Part shown: in pieces, positions 1 through 11,706 of the stretch
Position numbering within the stretch: the first letter of the stretch is position 1
How the letters are laid out: every line of letters begins with the position of its first letter
Source of the DNA: Diplonema japonicum
Taxonomy: Eukaryota; Protista; Euglenozoa: Diplonemea
Assembly: GCA_964019335.1 (NCBI GenBank)
Contig: OZ025669.1
Coordinates: 248,001 to 312,000, forward strand
Direction: 5' to 3'
Length of the DNA stretch: 64,000 nucleotides
The notes under the pieces: generated by a model
What the model saw: the letters and a program-made list of their open reading frames with translations, nothing else
What the model was told of the DNA's origin: nothing
Databases searched by the model: none
Program-made: the position numbers and the translations under genes

Positions 1-86
1 CCTTGGGAGAAATGCACAAACCGACGAATAAGAAAGAAAAAAAAAAATGAGGAAAAAAAAAGAAAACAAGAAAGGAAAAACACCCC

Positions 87-2134
87 TCAAAGCTCGAGGG
101 GAATGAGGCTGTGTGCGGAGTTACCAAGCTTCTCAGACTGTGTTTATGTTTTCCCCCCTTTTGTTTCCCCCTCCATACCAAAGCGCGGGCCTTAGCCGAG
201 ATGTTCTCTTTCGTGAGGCCGAAGTGGTTGTACAGGTCCTTGGCAGGGGCGGAGGCACCGAAGGCCTTGAGACCCATGAAGTAGTGGCAGTAGCGTTCCC
301 ACCCAACTCCGTTGTAGGGCTCGACACCAATAACAGGGGTGCCAGCGGGGAAGATGCTCTGCTTGTAAGCGACCTCCTGCTCATCGAAGATGGTGGTGCA
401 CGGTGCGGAGATAACGGCAGGGGAGAGGTCACCGATGAGCTTGGCTGCCTCGATGCAGAGGGAGACCTCAGTACCGGAGGACACTATGATGACCTTCGCC
501 TTGCTAGGGTCACCCATGACCGGGTACATGCCTCTCCTCACACCCTCCACCTTCGTCTGCGAGTACATAGGCACGCCCTGCCTGCTGAGCGCGATCACCG
601 ACGTGGTGTTCCTCTTCTCCAGTGCTACGATGTACGACCCGCTGACCTCCGTCTGGTCGCAAGGCCTGAAGAACATCAGGTTCGGCGTCGCCCTGAGCAG
701 TGCGGGAACCTCCACCGGCTGATGGGTAGGGCCGTCCTCACCCAGCCCGATAGAGTCGTGCGTCGCAATGTGGATGGTACCGCACCCGCTGAGCGCGCCC
801 ACCCTCACCGCGCCCCACGCGTACGTCACGAAGTTCATGAAGGTCGCAACGAAGGGGATCATCGCACCATAGGCGGCGATCCCGTTGCCCATGGCAGCCA
901 TCGCGTGCTCCCTAATACCGAACCTGATGTACCTCCCGATGGTCTGGTCCTTCGAAATGTCGTCGTTGCCCTTAGTCTTTGTCAGGTTCGACCCCGTGAG
1001 GTCCGCACTGCCGCCGATCATGTTGGTGATAAGCGGAACAGCAGCGGCAAGGGTGATCTCGGAGCACTTACGCGTGGCCACGGTCTCGCCCTCCTTCGAC
1101 AGGGGGAGCTTGTCCTGCCATCCTTCAGGGAGCTTGTTCTCAAGGAACGCCTTCAGCTCGCTGTGCTCTTTGGGGTACTGCTTGGCGTACGCGGCAAAAG
1201 TGGCCTCCCACGCAGTGGCCTTCGCCTTACCTCTCGAGATGGCTGACGAGTAGACCTTCCTCACCTCGTCGCTGATCTGGTACTTGGCATCGGGGTCAAG
1301 GCCGGCCTTTGCCTTAAGCTGCTTAATGTCTTCATCACCAAGAGGGGCGCCGTGGACCTTGGCAGTGCCAGCGAGCTTGGAGCCGTACCCGATAGTGGTC
1401 TTGAGGAGGATCATCGATGGCTTTGATTTCTCCGCCTTGCACTCGTTGAGTGCAGATTCCATGGCAGCAAGGTCGGTGTTTCCGTCCCTCACAGTCACTG
1501 TGTGCCAGCCAAGCGCGGCAAACTTGGTTGCAACATCTTCCGAGTAGGAAAGCGAGGTGGGCCCGTCGATCGTGATCTCGTTGTCGTCGTACACAACGAT
1601 AAGCTTCCCAAGGCCCAGATGGCCCGCGAGCGAGGTGGCCTCGCACGCAACACCCTCCTGCAGACACCCGTCACCGCAGAACACGTAGGTGTAGTGGTCG
1701 AAGAGTGCGGCGGAGGGCTTGTTGAACCTCGACGAAAGGTGCTTCTCGCACAGCGCAATACCAACCGCTTGCGCAATACCCTGTCCAAGAGGGCCGGTTG
1801 TTACCTCGACACCAGGGTGGCGGGGGTCCCTCTCAGGGTGCCCGGGGGTCCTCGAACCGAGCTGCCTGAAGTTCTTGAGCTCCTCAATGGGCATGTCGTA
1901 GCCGCAGAGGTGCAGCATGCTGTATAGCAGCGAGCAGCCGTGCCCGTTTGAGAGGATGAAACGGTCCCTGTTGATCCAAGCAGGCCTTGAGCTGTCGAAG
2001 TTCATGTGCTTCGAGAACAAGATGTGGGAAACGGGCGCCATTCCAAGTGGTGCCCCAGGGTGACCGGACTTTGCGCCCTGCACAACATCGGCACAGAGAC
2101 ACCTGATGGTGTTGATGCACGTTAAGTCAGACAT
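87..2134 (-). CDS. TKT: Transketolase (668 aa; one 41-nt intron at 138-178)
   Basis: Hand translation from ATG 2134: MSDLTCINTIRCLCADVVQGAKSGHPGAPLGMAP...NRDRFILSNGHG...GPLGQG...GDGCLQEG...THDSIGLGEDGPTHQP. A GTATGG...CACAG intron restores the C-terminus SEKLGNSAHSLIPLEL*. Absent from the ORF track because the unspliced frame runs off the window edge. Confidence 0.97.
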
Positions 2135-2260
2135 GTTGCGGTTCCTGTGTGGTGAGTAGGCTTGTTTTAGGTTGCGATCAGCTTATCCAAAGCAACACTA
2201 GAAGCTTAAAGGTGCAAGGCCTATATGAAACAGAAACGTACGAATTAAATTGTGGCTCTA

Positions 2261-5200
2261 TCAGGTGGCCACCTGTATGCCGCTGGCGCTGTGATTATTG
2301 ATAGTGTCAGGGTAAAACATACTTGGGGTCCATATGGTGTTGCTCCTTGTACTGCCTGATGGCAGACGCGAGGGACAAGCCCCATGGAACGCGGATGGCG
2401 TCACCAGTGATGGTGCCGACCTGAGAAAGGTGTGTTGTGCGAAGAAAAAAAGTCATACCTTGAGAGCGGTTCTCCAAAAGGAGATTTGGAAGTGTGACAA
2501 ACAAGACACTTCGGTGTAATGCTTTAAGGACAGCGTGCCCGTGGCCCACGAGGAGTACGGGAAGTCCGGCGGCGGAGGGCTTGCCGACACTATTGAGAAG
2601 GTCATCACCTGTCTACTGAGGAAGACATCTGTGTTCGTCACCATGTGTACTGGCGGCACCTCATCCTGGCTCTGCGCCACATATGCTCGTTTGGCTTCAT
2701 CCCAACGCATCTTGACCATGACGGAGGCGCCTTCCATGTACGGTGACATGATCGCCAGTTGGAAGGTAGCGCCCAGATGGCTGACGACCTCCTTCCTGGG
2801 AATGGTCAACGTCATGTTCAGGAAGAAGTATTTCGGAGGCTTCGGCTTGCCGCTCACAAGCGACGCAAGGTAAGGGCGTTGCATCGAGAAGGCCGATGCG
2901 AACACTGTTGCACACCCACCAGCACTTGTGACGGGCACTGTGGTATAAGTGATAGGGTGGAACGACGAAGGGCGTGACGCCTTCACGAAGGTCCTAAAGC
3001 TAGTGGACTTGAAGCACTCCTGGCGGGATACCGTGGGCTCGCTGTAGCCATGCATGAGGTTCCCGTTCCCAATCTCTTGCTGCAGTTCGTCGTCTGTCTC
3101 ATGTGGTGTGCCGCCGTATCCAAAGCTCCCCATCCAGATAACAAAGTCGAACCTGCTACTGAATTCAAGCCTGCAGTCTCCGATGTCAAGCTTCCTCATG
3201 ATGGTGGCCACCTTGTGGTTCTTCTTCACTACGGGCATCGTGTTGCTCATCTGCGAAAGCAACAGCGCAAGTGTGCTCTCCCCGTACCTCATGGACAGAC
3301 CCACCACCATGGTGTTCTGGTCCCTGAGTTCGATGGCTTCCATGTTCCCTACCTTACTGATGTGTCGCCTCCTAGCAAGTGCCAAGACCACAGCAGGGCT
3401 TCCACCCAAGTTGGTAGAAAGGAACGGGTGTAGGTCAGTCTCAGTGCAGTACGGCTTGAAGTACTCAACAAGCTCAACTGGATTGTTGCTGTACGAGTCA
3501 GGGAGATCCGTGAAGCACACAAAATGGAGGTCGTACTTGGTAGGTCTCGGGAGGAACCCATGCATGATGTTTGGGCCGCCAGCTGGGAGGGTCTTGAATC
3601 GCAACGACAGGGATCCCGACCATATGGTAAGCATCTCGCACGGCTCACGTGTTACGTGCAGGTTGCAGATACCATTGATCGTTTTGTGTTTGTTGCTCTG
3701 TCCCATGATGTTAACAGACACTGCAGCGTTGCTGCGAGGCACCAAATCAGGTAGCCAGCAGATATGCCTGCGTGTGGCCCACGCCAATTCATAGAAACGC
3801 TGCTTCGCCTCTGAAGTCATGAACTCCAAGATGTATGGATGCGGTGCTTTGTAGAAGGACAGCTTCAGCTGCTTGGTGCTGCCGAACAACTTCTCGATCC
3901 TGAACAGATGGTTGGCGTCGTAGGTGCCACTCTCACGACCCTTCGCGATGTTGCGGAACTCTCGTGCGAAGAAGTCGATCACCCAAATACGCTCCTTTGC
4001 AAGCTGCATTTTCTTGGAGCCCAGCCTTGGGTTGATTTTAAGCACCTGGAAACCAGACAGCAGCGCGCCGTGCCCGTCGATAGAGTTAATGTCAATCCTG
4101 ATGGGGTTGCTTGTCGAGCCGTAGTTGTCGTTCTTGTTCTGCGCCTTTGGCACCTGCGGTGCGCCTTGCTTGCCGACAGGTTCAGGGCCATATTTCGACA
4201 CAAGCGCTTGCATCATCTGGTTCTCCATTCCCCTGAAATTGCGCAGCAATTGCTTGATGTTGTCCTCCGACCGCGACTGCCCGTAGTGCGCGAAGTACCT
4301 TGCAAGCCTTGCTTTCCAGTAAGTGGACTCGTCGATCTGACCTTCCTTGCGCGCCCTGTGTTGCATATCAGTCATGTCTCGAAAATTTATCCATACATTC
4401 TAGGGCTTGCTATCAGTGGGTGGTTGTCCACTGCTTCGCTTGTGTCCTCCTCCTCGTCGGAGTCAGGGATGTAATCCGGCGGTCCGCGCCCGCTCAGGAT
4501 CGGGCCCCAAAACCAGTGCGAGTTCTTCAAGTCAATCACACCTTTAACAGGCGGCTTGCTCAGTAGCACTGGCTCGCAACCCTGAATTGTTATCGTTTGG
4601 TACTGTGGCGACATACCATATACTTCTTGCACGCGGTGTCGATGATCTTGTCCGTCTTGCCTGTCCTTTTCACAACGCTGACGATCTTATCGATGTGCGG
4701 CAGTTTCGCTTTGTTGTAAAAGCAGTAAAAGTTTGTCAGTCGTGTGACATAGTCATTGTCACTGAATGGTACCTGCGGCACTACACCGCCTAAGCTCTTG
4801 GCGAGATCCTCAAGCGCAGTTCTGTGATATATTATACATCAAGCTTGTACTCTCATACTTGGAGCTTGTGCTGGTCACGATGTCCAGGAGCTGTGCAACG
4901 TAAAGGTCGCCATGCACTGACACCTGTTTGATGTTTAGGTAAAGTAGCGATGCATACCTCCTTCGAGCAGTTGAAGAGAGCAACATTCCACACTTGAGTG
5001 CGGAGCTTGTCGAGGCTGTCTCCCTGTTGGCCCACCTTCACCGCTGATGAGGGTACAGAGAATTGGACTTTCGACTGGGCCTCAACCTCTTCAGCCTCAG
5101 CGCCAACGTTATCGCCCAGCAACTCCGCAAGGACATCGTCGTCAGTCAATTGTGTTTCGTCGGCTTGTGCCGCGTCCATGGGTACTGCATCGCCCGTGTC

Positions 5201-7486
5201 TTGTGCAGTGGCTGCGGGCCTTGGCTTCTCCTTTTCTTCCGGCTCGTCATCTAAGAGCTCGTTGAGCAGGTCTTGCTCCTCCTCTTCAGATGACCCGTCC
5301 AACAGGCCGTCCAGCCCAGCGGAGTCATCGTCCTTGTCATCATCAAGCAGGTCGTCCAGCAGGTTATCTACCTCTTCCTTGTCTTCAGGCTCGTCACCCA
5401 AGATTTCATCCAGTAGTTTCTCCGTCTGCTCTGGGACATCGTTGTCTTCTTTGGTCTCCGCTTCGTCATCGTCATCAAGCAGTTGGTCCAGCAGGTCCTC
5501 CTCCTCGTCTTTCTTTGTCTCGTCCTTGATGAGCGTCTTGAGCTGTCGGGACTGTGGTTCAGAGGTCTCAGCATGGCTGAAGATACTAATGGTCTTCTTC
5601 ACATCCCCACCTCTCGGAGATGCCAAATCATCTCCCGTGCCCAGCAAGGCTTCTCCTGACCCTTCCTCGAGCAGGCTGTCTAACGTCGTATCGAACTCTG
5701 AGAGCTGCGTCGCCCCAACCGCCTCCTTGGCCTCCAAGCGTAGCTGCAGGTGTGTCCACACGTCGGCAGTGTCCTGTCCTTCACCAAGCTGGTCGTACAC
5801 CATAGCCATGTCCTTGACAGTGAGGTGCGAGAGCAGGTGCTTCTCTTCAGTTGTCACTGTGCTGATTTGCAACGTGCGCAACAATGCAACCACCTTATGC
5901 GGAAGCCCTGCCTCGAAGGCTTTTTTCCTCTCAGTTTCCCTCTTTGTAGCGTCGGCCTTCGCGTTCATCACAGCTATCTGTTGGCGCAGCTGAAGTAGCT
6001 CTTGTTCATCACTTGACTTGCCCGCGGCTTTGGATGGGACGGACTTCAACTTAGACTCGTACTCAGCTTCTTTGCGCTGCATTTCGCGCATCACATTCTC
6101 GATTTGTGCGTCTTTCTCAGTGAGACGCTGCTGCATGGATTCCAGTTCGCGCGTTTGCTTAGTTCTCTGCAGCATGAGCCCCTCGATTTTGGTCTCGAGT
6201 TCTTCGTTTCGTACCAGGTGCTCGTGCACCTCCTCGCCTCGTTGCTTTGCGGAGTCGTGGGCTGTCTGTAGCTTCTGGTCCCAGGACATTTCTAAGTGCT
6301 TCATCATATCCTTATTCTTCTGCAGTTCTGCCGACGAGTCAGACTTTCCTTGAAGCTGGCTCTGCAGCTTAGTTATCTCTTCCTTCAAGGCAGTCACCAG
6401 GGCCGAGTTGGCATCCTCGTTGACGTGGGCCTTGTTCACGATCTTCTTAGCACGCTCGGCGTAGCGCAGCGTTGACATGGTCTCCTCGTAGTTGTCCATG
6501 GCAGGCGACACGGTGGCGATCATGACGGTCTTGGAGTTCCCGCCGAGATTGTCTTTCAGGATCCACGTGAGGATGGAATCACGGTAAGGGATGTGTTTTT
6601 TCTTCCCAGAAGCTTCGTCAGCCAAGGCAGCGATCACCTGTCCCAGTGTCGTTAGCGACTTGTTGATGTTCGCACCCTCCAGGAGACGCGTCCCGGTGGC
6701 CTGTGTCTTGGACACTCTCTCACTACCTGCCAGATCGACCAGGTTCAGCTTTGCCGTCTTCGACGAAAGAATCTCGTTGTTGTTCTCCATCAGAATCTCC
6801 TGCGTGACTGTGAGCTGGAACAGGGCGTGCGACCTGCTAGAGTGGGCGTTCATGTTGGTGGAAGCGGTTGTGCGCAGTTTGTTCCCCTCATGCATCACGC
6901 GGAAGACCTCCTGGTGACTCTTCACCTCCATCTGAGTAAGGTTCTCAACGTAGGGGCCTGTTTCAGGGTGCTCGCGGACCTTGAGGGAATGCCCCTCGAT
7001 GGACGGGTTCAAAAGACATTTCACCTTCTCATTGTAAATCTCCATGTAGGACGCGAAAACCTTGAACCTCACAAGACTGCTCTGCTGGGCTTCGATCTCT
7101 TTGAAGATCTTGTGTGTCATTCTAGGGATAATACCGATTTCGGCTTCTTCTCCTGTGTTTCCGAACATCGTGTAACTTTTCCCGCTGCCCGTCTGACCGT
7201 AGGTGAAGATGCAGGCATTGAATCCTTCGAAACAATGCTGCACGACAGGGAAGCCTACTTCTTTGAAGACGGTGTGCTGCGAGGCGAAGTCGGCATCCTT
7301 CTCGCTGCCGACTGACCATAGCGTGTGGTCATAGGCGAACTTATGCGTGAACGACCCATTGGTGTGTGGTACCTTTACGGTGATCTCCTTTCCCTTGACC
7401 GACAGCGTCTTCTCCCCACCAAGTTTTATTTCCCTTTCTGAGATAGGACGCACCCTCACAGCCACCTGCACCGAGGACGACACCAT
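2261..7486 (-). CDS. Kinesin-3 motor fused to a coiled coil, acidic linker, two KYGxEP-type helical repeats and a degenerate inositol polyphosphate 5-phosphatase-like domain (~1668 aa, 6 introns)
   Basis: Motor motifs GQTGSGKS, SSRSH, DLAGSE, HIPYRDS..TW.LKDNLGGNSKT, VNED. Introns at 4924-4957, 4822-4858, 4582-4616, 4356-4396, 2421-2458 and 2289-2322 are all 34-41 nt and GTATG...AG, and they join the track ORFs in frame. The last intron is the least certain. Confidence 0.85.
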
Positions 7487-7555
7487 TGCCTGTATAGTAA
7501 TGCAGAGTGGGGAAATGGAAAGGGGGGGGGATGGGGAAATAGTTTCTGTACAATG

Positions 7556-9127
7556 CTACTCTGATTCGACTGGGGTAATAAGTACCTCGTCTGGGAGGAG
7601 GACCGCTGTGAGGTTAGATCCAGGGTGTCCACCACAGGTATCGATTTTGATAGTATGGTTTCCGATCTTTCCTTCGATCAAGGTGACGTGTCCAGTAACT
7701 GTCTTCTTCCCTGGAATAGCTGGGGTGTCCGGGAAGGACCTGGAAGACAGGGGCTCCAGCCATGGGTGGTGGTAGGGAAGACGACGGAGTTCCTCTAGCT
7801 GGGCTTCTGGGTCGAGGTGTCCCCAGGAGTTTGCCCGGTTCTGCCGGATCCCTCCATGTACGAAGACGTACTGCTCGTGTTCCAAGACCATGGAGAGGTT
7901 GCGGAGGAATTCCTTGTGCCCCTCGGGCATGGCATCTAGCAACCCTTCGCGGTCGCCGTACTGTGCGCCATACTGCATGAACGTCGCCCTTGAGCTGTAG
8001 TGGTCCCTACCGGGGGCGGCGTATCTCCTGCCTTGCAGGTGCAGACCTTCCCACCCCACCCCGGACCACAGTTCGAAACCGGTGTAGTCGTGGACGAGAC
8101 CGCGCATATCGAGCCCTTCAGGGATCCCCATGCCGAGGAATGCACATAGTGCGAAGTCATGATTGCCGAAGATGAAGTGAGTTCTGCCTGGAGCACGCGT
8201 GTCACGGAGGTGGATAAGATAGTCAATCAACTGGGGGGTGTGGGGGCCGCGGTCCACCATGTCGCCTAAGAAAACAAGGTGGGCTGCTGCGAGCCGCTCC
8301 GAACCGATGCTGGCTTCAACAGACTCAAGAATGACCTCCACGTTAGCAAGGCACCCGTGCGTGTCCCCAACAGCAACCACTTCGCCTGCGAGCTGTTCCT
8401 TCACTTCCACAACGACACCCTCGGTCCTGGGTCCGGGAAGTTCGGTGAGCAGACTGTTCTGCATGACGTAGCTGTTGGACGAGACGACCATGACACGTGA
8501 GGAGCCCACGAGAAAGTCCACAGTGATCGTGACTGAGGGAAGCGATCCCTTGAGAATAACCGATTGCAGCAACGCAGCAGCCTCACGGTACCTCGGGTGG
8601 TACGGGGTATGCAGCAACTGCGACACAGCCAAGAGGTTCCCTTCAAAGATGAAAGCTCGTAAGAGCAACGGGTCTGAAGGAAAAGCCCTCACAGGAAGGA
8701 CCGCCAGCTTGTCTTCTTTATGTAATATCCGCTCTGCAGCCCATTTAATGCGCTCGTGCCGTGGCTTTTGCTCGTATTTCTTGAGTTCTGTCACCCAACT
8801 TCCAACCATGGCGCATGCACCTTTTTCGAGCCTCACGGGGTACACAACTTCTTCAATGAACTCAGAGGCTTCTTCTTCTTCTTTTTCTTCTTTTTCTTCG
8901 GCTCTGTTTTCGAGGCCTTCCTGTGTAATAAATTCTATCTGCCCAGGATCGCCAACACATAAACACAAGTCAGCATAAATGCCTTCTAAGCTAGGCCCCA
9001 GTTCTCGTTGGTTGCGCGAAGCTTGCTTCGTTTCTTTTATACTTTGGCTTTTCGGGCAGGGCAAGCTGAACCTGCTTTGCCAATCTGCGAAGACCTCCTC
9101 CATGCTAGGACCGTCGTCGTTTAACAT
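7556..9127 (-). CDS. RLPH (rhizobiales-like) PPP-family phosphatase with an N-terminal Cdc123/R2K-like segment
   Basis: PPP motifs GDTHG, GDMVDRG, GNHD, HGG, TGH and IDT. W.G.GWEGLHLQGRRYA matches the plant RLPH signature as recalled. LRAFIFEGNLLAVSQ resembles the Cdc123 R.F......SQ motif. Confidence 0.85.
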   Translation of the reverse strand: MLNDDGPSMEEVFADWQSRFSLPCPKSQSIKETKQASRNQRELGPSLEGIYADLCLCVGDPGQIEFITQEGLENRAEEKEEKEEEEASEFIEEVVYPVRLEKGACAMVGSWVTELKKYEQKPRHERIKWAAERILHKEDKLAVLPVRAFPSDPLLLRAFIFEGNLLAVSQLLHTPYHPRYREAAALLQSVILKGSLPSVTITVDFLVGSSRVMVVSSNSYVMQNSLLTELPGPRTEGVVVEVKEQLAGEVVAVGDTHGCLANVEVILESVEASIGSERLAAAHLVFLGDMVDRGPHTPQLIDYLIHLRDTRAPGRTHFIFGNHDFALCAFLGMGIPEGLDMRGLVHDYTGFELWSGVGWEGLHLQGRRYAAPGRDHYSSRATFMQYGAQYGDREGLLDAMPEGHKEFLRNLSMVLEHEQYVFVHGGIRQNRANSWGHLDPEAQLEELRRLPYHHPWLEPLSSRSFPDTPAIPGKKTVTGHVTLIEGKIGNHTIKIDTCGGHPGSNLTAVLLPDEVLITPVESE

Positions 9128-9678
9128 TTCTAACCCCCTTTCCTTTGATTCTTTCTTTTTCTTTTTCCCCTTCTCCGCTTTCTCCCCACAGAAACAAAAA
9201 GAAACAGCAACAAATGGGGATAGGTGAGGTATAAAAAAAAAAGGGGAAAAAAAAAAAAAAAGGAATTGGACAGAAAACGGAGAGGCAAATCTGGTTTTTC
9301 TTGTTTTGCGTCACCTTCCCCCCTCCCTCAATGAACTCCTCCTTTTCTTTTCTATTTTTTTTCTTCCCCCCCCCTTTTTTTTCTTCTCTCTTTTCTCGAT
9401 CCCCCCTATTCTTTCTCGTTCCCCTCATCTCTCCTCATTCTCTTATTGAGGCTATTCAATATCCACACAGCACAGAGGGGGAGATAGGAAATATGGAAAT
9501 GTAAGAACAAATAAAAAAAAAGAGGGAAAAAGAAGAAGAAAAAAAAAAAAGAGCAAATGCACGAAGCTGGGGGGTAGTGAATGTAATAAAAAAAAAAAAT
9601 AAAAAAAAATAAAAAAAAAAATAAATAAAAAAAGAAAACACTCTGCTTTTTTCCCCCCCTCTTTATTCTCTCCTTGTC

Positions 9679-11281
9679 TTAAGAGTCTTTTTTCTTTGAT
9701 TCTCCCCAATCATCATCACCCCAGTCATCCCACTCGCTCTTCTTAGCAGCGGGTCTGGGGGCGGGAGTTGGGGATGAACGGACTGCAGGAGCTGGAGAAG
9801 GAGTAGAAGAACCGGAGGCAATGTTGGAAGGGGAAGGAGACGGGGAAGAGGAGGAAGAGGCAGCAGGCTGTTCCTCAGTATTCTCCCTATGGTGCTCTTC
9901 GTGGTCATATTTGTTACCCCATTTCCTCAGCTGAGCATGAGACGCCCCCCGTTTGCCCCCATCGTCCAGCTTCAGGATGTAGGTTGGCGGGTCACTCCTG
10001 TCATCGACTGCAGACACGGTAGCCCTCAAAGGAGGACCTGTGGCGCCGTGCCACACTATGGTTTCACCTTTTAAGTACTGTATTTTTTTTTTTTTTTTCA
10101 TTTTTTTTTTTTTCATTCTGTCATAAACATACAGTGTCTCCCTCACCCACGGGGCCCTGCGCGAGGTTTCCTTTTAGTGCGCTGAACGCATCGCCGTCTT
10201 CCTTCTCGCTGCCCATGGCGGCCTGTGCTTGCGCTGCTGCGCTCTTCACGGTGGTCGAGAACCAACCCATCGCCGCGGTGGTGGCGGCAGACGCCTTCGC
10301 CCATGACTGCTCCGCACCTTTTTGGACAGTACTTGTGTCTACATTTTTTGCAGATTCTTGCGCCTTTTTGTTTTTTTGTGTTTCTTTTTGTTTGGGTTGT
10401 TACCTGGACACCCACTTTTTTCCCCGCCTCTGCAATTGCGGAACCCCCTGCCCATGCCAGGGATCCTAATTTCGCCAGGCCGTCGGTCATCGCCTTCCCT
10501 GCCTCGTCCAGGTTTTTATTCAGCCCCCCCGAGTTCTGCTGAGACGGAGGCCGCGAACCGATCCCCCTGGAGCCCCTCTTCGCTGCCACAGGCACAGGTT
10601 TGTCCCAGTTCGGGTTGTACTCAGGAGGGGGGGTGAAATTCTGTTTTTTTTTTTTTTTTTTTTTTGTACTATTTGTTCATCTGTTAACACATACCGCCTC
10701 GGACCAAGGCTTTCCTTTTACCTCACTTTCCAGCTTGTCTCTATATATGAAGGCGCCGAGATTGTTATACCGTGCCTTGATGGCTTGCTGCGTGGTGGTG
10801 TGTGGTGGCAAACAACACAAAGCGAGGGACATACTCTGTTTGCAGACTTTCCGTCTGTGGTGCCGGGCGGCACGTTGTGGGAATTGAAGAAGGCAAGAGC
10901 TTTGGCGTTTCCGCCCAGCTTCATCTGCTTGAGCTTTTCAGGTTTCCACTCCAGCCATTTGTCCATGGTGATGGAGCGAACAAAAGACAAGTGCACACCA
11001 AGGCCTCGGTGGGTCTGGATTGGGTTGTTTTTCAACATCATTAAAAAAAAAAAAAAGAGATGAGATAAAGGAGGGTCCTGTCTTGGAACGTCCCCCTTGT
11101 CTCTACTTATAAAAAAAAAAAAAATACATACCCCGGCACAGTCAAGGCAGATGAACACCCCGTGGTGCACGTTGGCCCACTGGGGGTTTGGAGCATTGCA
11201 GTCCACGCATGCCTTGTTGCCTGTGTCTTGCATCATTTCATTGAAGGCCTTGCGGTCCTCCGCAGATGCACCGTGATGCAT
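9679..11281 (-). CDS. ArfGAP1-like GTPase-activating protein (5 introns) with a small SH3/Tudor-like beta domain near the C-terminus
   Basis: CVDC-x16-CLDC zinc finger, HRGLGVHLSFVRSITMDKW, GGN, and a C-terminal WDDW. The first intron (11015-11131) and four further GT-AG introns give one continuous frame. Confidence 0.9.
11057..11107 (-). repeat. 51-nt dispersed hairpin element inside ArfGAP intron 1 (copy 1)
   Basis: Near-identical to 45553-45603 (two substitutions); imperfect inverted repeat flanked by A-runs. Confidence 0.85.
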
Positions 11282-11376
11282 TTTTTTTCTTTTTTTTTTG
11301 TATTCCCCTTCCTTTGTGGTTTTCAGGATGATCTTGCTACGGGAAGGAAAATAAAAGAAAAAAAATAAAAAAAAAA

Positions 11377-11420
11377 CTCAAAGTACAGGACAAGCCCCCC
11401 GCTATAGAGGGCCGCCCTAT
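11377..11420 (-). mobile_element. Extreme 5'-truncated tip of the non-LTR element seen at 31375
   Basis: ctcaaagtacaggacaagcccc..gct..agagggccgccctat matches 31375-31415. Confidence 0.8.
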
Positions 11421-11432
11421 AAAAAAGAAAAT

Positions 11433-11615
11433 CTAATTTTTGCTCCCCTTCACGTTCAACTCGAAGTACTTCTTGTCGTCGAACCTCCAGTCTTCCTTCT
11501 CCATCTCCTCGGATGCTTTTCTCAACGAGCCCCACACGTCTAAATAGTACTGCGACACATGCTGTTCAGGATCTAGCGTTATAATGCGTTGCGCAGCCAC
11601 ATCATAAGAGTTCAT
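11433..11615 (-). CDS. 60-aa microprotein, possibly APC16-like
   Basis: Coding-like island between homopolymer spacers. EEMEKEDWRF resembles the ANAPC16 C-terminal EELEADEWRF motif as recalled. Confidence 0.5.
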   Translation of the reverse strand: MNSYDVAAQRIITLDPEQHVSQYYLDVWGSLRKASEEMEKEDWRFDDKKYFELNVKGSKN

Positions 11616-11706
11616 CTTCCCCCCTTTTCCCTCCACCCCCACCTTCCTCCAATATTAACATTATGGGAGTAAAAAATAAAAAATAAAAATTTTTTTTTGT
11701 TTTGTT

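Noticed and set aside
113-1927. Long plus-strand ORFs here and opposite LOX, UBA1 and kinesin
   Set aside because: These are antisense shadows of codon-biased minus-strand genes, with no motifs of their own.
7540-7552. agtttctgtac resembling the euglenozoan spliced leader
   Set aside because: Only ~11 nt match, it is on the non-coding strand, and there is no following TTG/GTATG junction.
11377-11395. Minus-strand ctgtacttt upstream of ArfGAP as a relic spliced leader
   Set aside because: The 9-nt match is part of the retroelement 3' end that is also present at 31375.
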